Shown here: positions 23,484-26,847 of the stretch, in pieces | Layout: the number at the start of each line of letters is the position of its first letter | Numbering within the stretch: position 1 is the stretch's first letter | IMG/VR virus record: IMGVR_UViG_3300005512_000278 | Coordinates: 1 to 26,847 of that record | Reading direction: 5' to 3' (one strand) | DNA from: a virus | Lineage: Duplodnaviria; Caudoviricetes | Length of the DNA: 26,847 bases | The notes under the pieces: model-generated | The model's input: the letters and a program-made list of their open reading frames with translations, nothing else | What the model was told of the DNA's origin: nothing | Databases searched by the model: none | Made by a program: the position numbers and the translations under genes

Positions 23484-23760
23484 GCAAGCTGAGATAAGAA
23501 AGATCACGCCACTGCTCGAGCAGGAATGGAATGACGTAGAGGATCTAGCTCGAGAGGTAGTGCGCCAGTGCTATGACATGATCCTCGAGCGAGACTGGTG
23601 GACGGTAGTGATGCACGATGAGAGACTAGGTGCGTTTGCTTTCGGACCGTTTGAGACAGAGAACATGGCAAGAAAAGCAGTAGGCAAAACAGTCGTGGCC
23701 CCTGGCCCCGAGCCAGCGTCAGGCTACATCCAGCCACTACTGAAAGGTGACAGCCAATGA
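23473..23760 (+). CDS. Hypothetical protein (95 aa)
   Basis: GGAGG SD; overlaps whiB and the next gene. Confidence 0.7.
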   Translation: MRPRQAEIRKITPLLEQEWNDVEDLAREVVRQCYDMILERDWWTVVMHDERLGAFAFGPFETENMARKAVGKTVVAPGPEPASGYIQPLLKGDSQ

Positions 23761-24137
23761 TAGAGCTACTACTGATGGTACAGACCGCCGACATTCCTGA
23801 GTACAAGGTGCCGGCAGTGTATAGAGAGTACGAACAGTGCGTATGTGAACGTGAGTCCAACTGCCGACCGAGGGCAGTGAACCCTACGGGTAAGTACCGT
23901 GGCATGTATCAGTTTAACGACGAGCTGAAGTCGGGAACCACGTATCATATTGTTGATTGGCTGGACACTTGGCACCCTAAGCCCAAGAAGTACGCTAAGT
24001 ATCTACGCAAAACACCGATGAATAAGTGGCCTGCCGAGGTGCAAACAGCGGCTTTCGTGGCTGTGTTGGATGGTCACGACAAGAACATTCGATGGTATGG
24101 TAAGTCACACTTCGCTGGAGGACGATGGACATGCTGA
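23757..24137 (+). CDS. Lysozyme-fold/Rpf-like transglycosylase domain protein
   Basis: C-x-x-x-R-E-S...N-P-T-G-K-Y-R-G-M-Y-Q-F pattern (catalytic Glu and GxYQF motif), C-terminal HF...W.C; GAAAGG SD. Confidence 0.75.
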   Translation: MIELLLMVQTADIPEYKVPAVYREYEQCVCERESNCRPRAVNPTGKYRGMYQFNDELKSGTTYHIVDWLDTWHPKPKKYAKYLRKTPMNKWPAEVQTAAFVAVLDGHDKNIRWYGKSHFAGGRWTC

Positions 24138-24421
24138 AGCGACTGTTGCGTAAACGCACTGCTAGAAATACACAGCATCCACTACCGTTTTTTAACATGC
24201 TTGATGACCCGAACCGGGCTGACTATCGTGGCGTACCAACCTACGTGTGCCCGTGTGGGTATGACATGTTCCTGATCGCTGCCGTGTTTGATGGTGACAC
24301 GCAGGAACCCGGCATGTACATGCTTGATGGAGTGTGCACTCATTGTGGTGCGCTCGTTACTGTCCCGTGCCCTGCTGATGGGCCTGACCCTTTGGAGAAT
24401 AATGATCTGCAAACCATGTAG
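24125..24421 (+). CDS. Zinc-binding hypothetical protein (about 96-98 aa)
   Basis: CPCG...CTHCG motifs. The start may be the ATG at 24131. Confidence 0.7.
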   Translation: MDMLKRLLRKRTARNTQHPLPFFNMLDDPNRADYRGVPTYVCPCGYDMFLIAAVFDGDTQEPGMYMLDGVCTHCGALVTVPCPADGPDPLENNDLQTM

Positions 24422-24575
24422 CACTGCTGGTGACCTGAACAAGCGTGGCATTGGCTTGTCTCAGTCTGATAATCGTCGGGATGCCGAGGCTAACTTTGAG
24501 CGTGCACGGTTCTTCCATGATGACTGTGTGGGGTGTGATTGCCAGCATGTAGTCGGGGAGAGGCTGCATGATTGA
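24402..24575 (+). CDS. Small Cys/His-rich protein (57 aa)
   Basis: GGAG SD; MICKPC...HDDCVGCDCQH. Confidence 0.65.
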   Translation: MICKPCSTAGDLNKRGIGLSQSDNRRDAEANFERARFFHDDCVGCDCQHVVGERLHD

Positions 24576-24684
24576 GTGTTTCTGGTGCGGTACTGAGTAC
24601 GATGGAACCTACTACCGTTGGCTTTGTCCAACATGTCACTACAAGGATAACTGTTGCGAGGGAGAACCATGTCAAGTGAAATAA
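24568..24684 (+). CDS. Small Cys-rich protein (38 aa, not in the ORF track)
   Basis: GGAGAGG SD; MIECFWCGTEYDGTYYRWLCPTCHYKDNCCEGEPCQVK. Confidence 0.6.
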   Translation: MIECFWCGTEYDGTYYRWLCPTCHYKDNCCEGEPCQVK

Positions 24685-25082
24685 GAATGACCGGATGGGT
24701 GAGTGCCGAGTGTAAAGCACGAACCGTGGGTGACTTACGTGCGCTCGTTGCATGGTGCGATGAGTACAACGTGAGTGATGATTGCGGCCTCGATTGGGGT
24801 TTGGGTGCGGTGCATGTTGAGCTGACGGGTGATAGTGCTAAGCCTGCTGAGTGGATTGAGTGCGGGGATCACCTGTATCCGACAGTAAAGTATGACTTCC
24901 TTGTGAACACGCACTATCACGGCCCGGAAACGTATGAGGAAGCACTTGAGGAAGCGTTGGAGAAGCCAGTAAAGTATGCTGGTGAAACGTTCGGCATGTA
25001 TCAAGACAGGATTAACAGTAAGCATCCGGTCATGAAGCCGGGTGGCATGAGTGACCTGACCATCCCCGAGTATGACCAATGA
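24669..25082 (+). CDS. Hypothetical protein (137 aa)
   Basis: GGGAG SD before the ATG at 24669; ATGA overlap with the glycosyltransferase gene. Confidence 0.65.
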   Translation: MSSEIRMTGWVSAECKARTVGDLRALVAWCDEYNVSDDCGLDWGLGAVHVELTGDSAKPAEWIECGDHLYPTVKYDFLVNTHYHGPETYEEALEEALEKPVKYAGETFGMYQDRINSKHPVMKPGGMSDLTIPEYDQ

Positions 25083-26188
25083 GGATCGGGTACGTAGCCA
25101 ACGACTTCCTCCTGGACGGAGACAAACTTCGTCCGGGAGGATGCTCGTATTACCGTTGCATGCTGCCACGCAACACAGTGAAAGGACACAAGACCGAGTT
25201 CGGGCCACCAGCGTTCACCGCTGAGCTTGGTTTCGGCGTGAGGACAGCGAAAGAGCAAGCCAATTTCGGGTTCGATGTGATCGTGCTGAAGATGCTGATG
25301 GATCGGTGGATACCGAAGTACATGCAGATAGCACAGTCACTAGGTCAGAAGATTATTGTGGATGTGGATGACCATTATGACGGGTTGCATGAAGCGAACC
25401 AGGCTTACGACAAGACAGACCCGAGTAAGAACAAGATCACGAACCGGGAACATTACCGTGCAGTGATCCAGCAGGCAGACCTACTCACCGTATCCACCCC
25501 ATTCTTGGAGGAATACTATCGGCCCCTCGTGAACGAGGTTCGCATGGTGCGGAACGGCATCAACCCTAACCAGTTCATGCCACGTAAACACCGCAGTAGG
25601 AAGCCTGTGTTGGGTTGGGCTGGGGCTATGGGTTGGCGGTCGAACGATGCTGAGACAGCTCGACCGTGGCTTAACAAGTTCCTGAACGAGCATGACCTAT
25701 TGTTCCATCATGCCGGTCACATGCCGGATGCGCCGTCGTTCGCTGACGCTGCCGGGATAGACCCTGACCGGATGATCCTCACACCGATGCGACCGTTGCA
25801 CCGATATCACGAGATGCTAGATTTCGATATCGGTCTAGTTCTTTTGAGTGATATTGATTTCAATAAGGCTAAGTCCACGATTAAAGGTTTGGAGTATGCG
25901 GCTTCCAACATTCCGTTCGTGGCCCAAGGGTTACCGGAGTATGAGATCCTGTCCCTGAAGGGTGTGGGTAGGGTTGCTTACGAGTCGGAAGGCTGGAAGG
26001 CGCAACTGCTAGACTTGCTGGATTATAAGACTCGTAAACGTGAGGCTGCTATCCAACGTGCGAGGGTGCTGGAGGATCATTCGATTACTGCCCGTGCCCA
26101 AGAGTGGGTGGATGTGTATTCGATGTTTCAGGATGCGAGAGCTGCGATACCTAACCGTACTGTTCAGTACGTGCACACGGGAGGATGA
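25079..26188 (+). CDS. Glycosyltransferase, GT-B fold (GT4-like)
   Basis: IIVDVDD, ADLLTVSTPFL, VRNGI, LGWAG, FDIGLV...FNKAKSTIKGLEYAASNIPFV motifs. Confidence 0.88.
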   Translation: MRIGYVANDFLLDGDKLRPGGCSYYRCMLPRNTVKGHKTEFGPPAFTAELGFGVRTAKEQANFGFDVIVLKMLMDRWIPKYMQIAQSLGQKIIVDVDDHYDGLHEANQAYDKTDPSKNKITNREHYRAVIQQADLLTVSTPFLEEYYRPLVNEVRMVRNGINPNQFMPRKHRSRKPVLGWAGAMGWRSNDAETARPWLNKFLNEHDLLFHHAGHMPDAPSFADAAGIDPDRMILTPMRPLHRYHEMLDFDIGLVLLSDIDFNKAKSTIKGLEYAASNIPFVAQGLPEYEILSLKGVGRVAYESEGWKAQLLDLLDYKTRKREAAIQRARVLEDHSITARAQEWVDVYSMFQDARAAIPNRTVQYVHTGG

Positions 26189-26190
26189 TG

Positions 26191-26847
26191 ATGAAGGTTC
26201 TGCTGTACCACGATTGGCTTTTAGCCAAGGACTATCTTAATCCGATAGCGTCTGCTATCAAGGTGAAGCATCCTGAGTGGGAGATCCACGAGGCAGGGTT
26301 CCATAAGCCTCACGAGGATCAGGTTTACGATTGGGTTGTGTCGTGTGACGAGTTGAGTGCAGCCCCGTTGGGGCGGCGTAACTTGTGTGTGTTTCACGGC
26401 ATGGCCTCGAAAGGTCAAGCGTTCTCTCTCGCACGCAGGTCAGCGTTTGTGGACGTGGACACGATCTTCGCTGTCCCTGGCCCACGTTACGCCACGATCC
26501 TGCATGACATGGGTGTGCCGGAGGATCGAGTGTACGTGACGGGTTTAACGAAACTGAGTGGGTTCAAGAAAAACATCCTGTACGCACCCACACATAACCC
26601 TACCCTGTCTGCTGTCCCTGTCATCAAAGACAGGATCTACGAGTTGGATAACGTGAAAGTGCAACTGCACGCAGCTATCGGGGAGAACGAACATCACACT
26701 CGCTGGCGACGCTACTACGCTGAAGGTACTGTTGAGTCAACGGAAGATAATCTGCGTTGGGCTGACGTTGTGATCGGTGACTTCGGTTCCATCATTGTGG
26801 AAGCGATAGCGTTAGGTAAGCAAACATTCCAAGTCGTCAACCCTGAG
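26191..26847 (+). CDS. CDP-glycerol glycerophosphotransferase (TagB/TagF)-like GT-B protein, 3'-truncated by the window (not in the ORF track)
   Basis: Frame is open to the edge, with VFHGM, VTGLTKL, ILYAPTH and ADVVIGDFGSIIVEAIALGK matching TagF-family motifs. GGGAGG SD; in-frame ATGs at 26185, 26188 and 26191. Confidence 0.75.
   Translation, partial: MKVLLYHDWLLAKDYLNPIASAIKVKHPEWEIHEAGFHKPHEDQVYDWVVSCDELSAAPLGRRNLCVFHGMASKGQAFSLARRSAFVDVDTIFAVPGPRYATILHDMGVPEDRVYVTGLTKLSGFKKNILYAPTHNPTLSAVPVIKDRIYELDNVKVQLHAAIGENEHHTRWRRYYAEGTVESTEDNLRWADVVIGDFGSIIVEAIALGKQTFQVVNPE

Noticed and set aside
1-26847. Integrase, transposase or prophage boundary
   Set aside because: No recombinase motifs or host housekeeping genes were seen; the whole window reads as phage.

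Overview
This window is part of a tailed-phage genome with podovirus-like organisation. The host is probably an actinobacterium, given the WhiB gene, the Rpf-like transglycosylase and the GAAAGGA ribosome-binding sites. Minus strand 1-18926 is the late/morphogenesis operon: terminase with an N-terminal HTH, portal, small basic proteins, a 2422-aa putative internal virion protein, three further putative internal proteins, scaffold, major capsid and tail-type genes. Plus strand 19657-26847 holds small early/middle genes, WhiB, a lysozyme-fold protein and two glycosyltransferase-type genes. The most notable signals are RNA elements the ORF track misses. (1) Three intact type II hammerhead ribozymes punctuate the early operon, each between a stop codon and the next RBS, and would release two 3-gene RNAs of 738 and 715 nt. 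(2) A 280-nt ORF-less group I intron splits the major capsid gene. (3) A 90-nt anticodon-less tRNA-Ala/tmRNA-like domain, followed by a pseudoknot, lies upstream of the scaffold-capsid genes. The early block (about 19.3-22.6 kb) is also compositionally distinct: 21 CTCGAG sites in 3 kb, a 13-bp direct repeat at its two ends, and a DnaA-box cluster at a GC-skew switch. All calls come from reading the sequence by eye; no database searches or folding programs were run.
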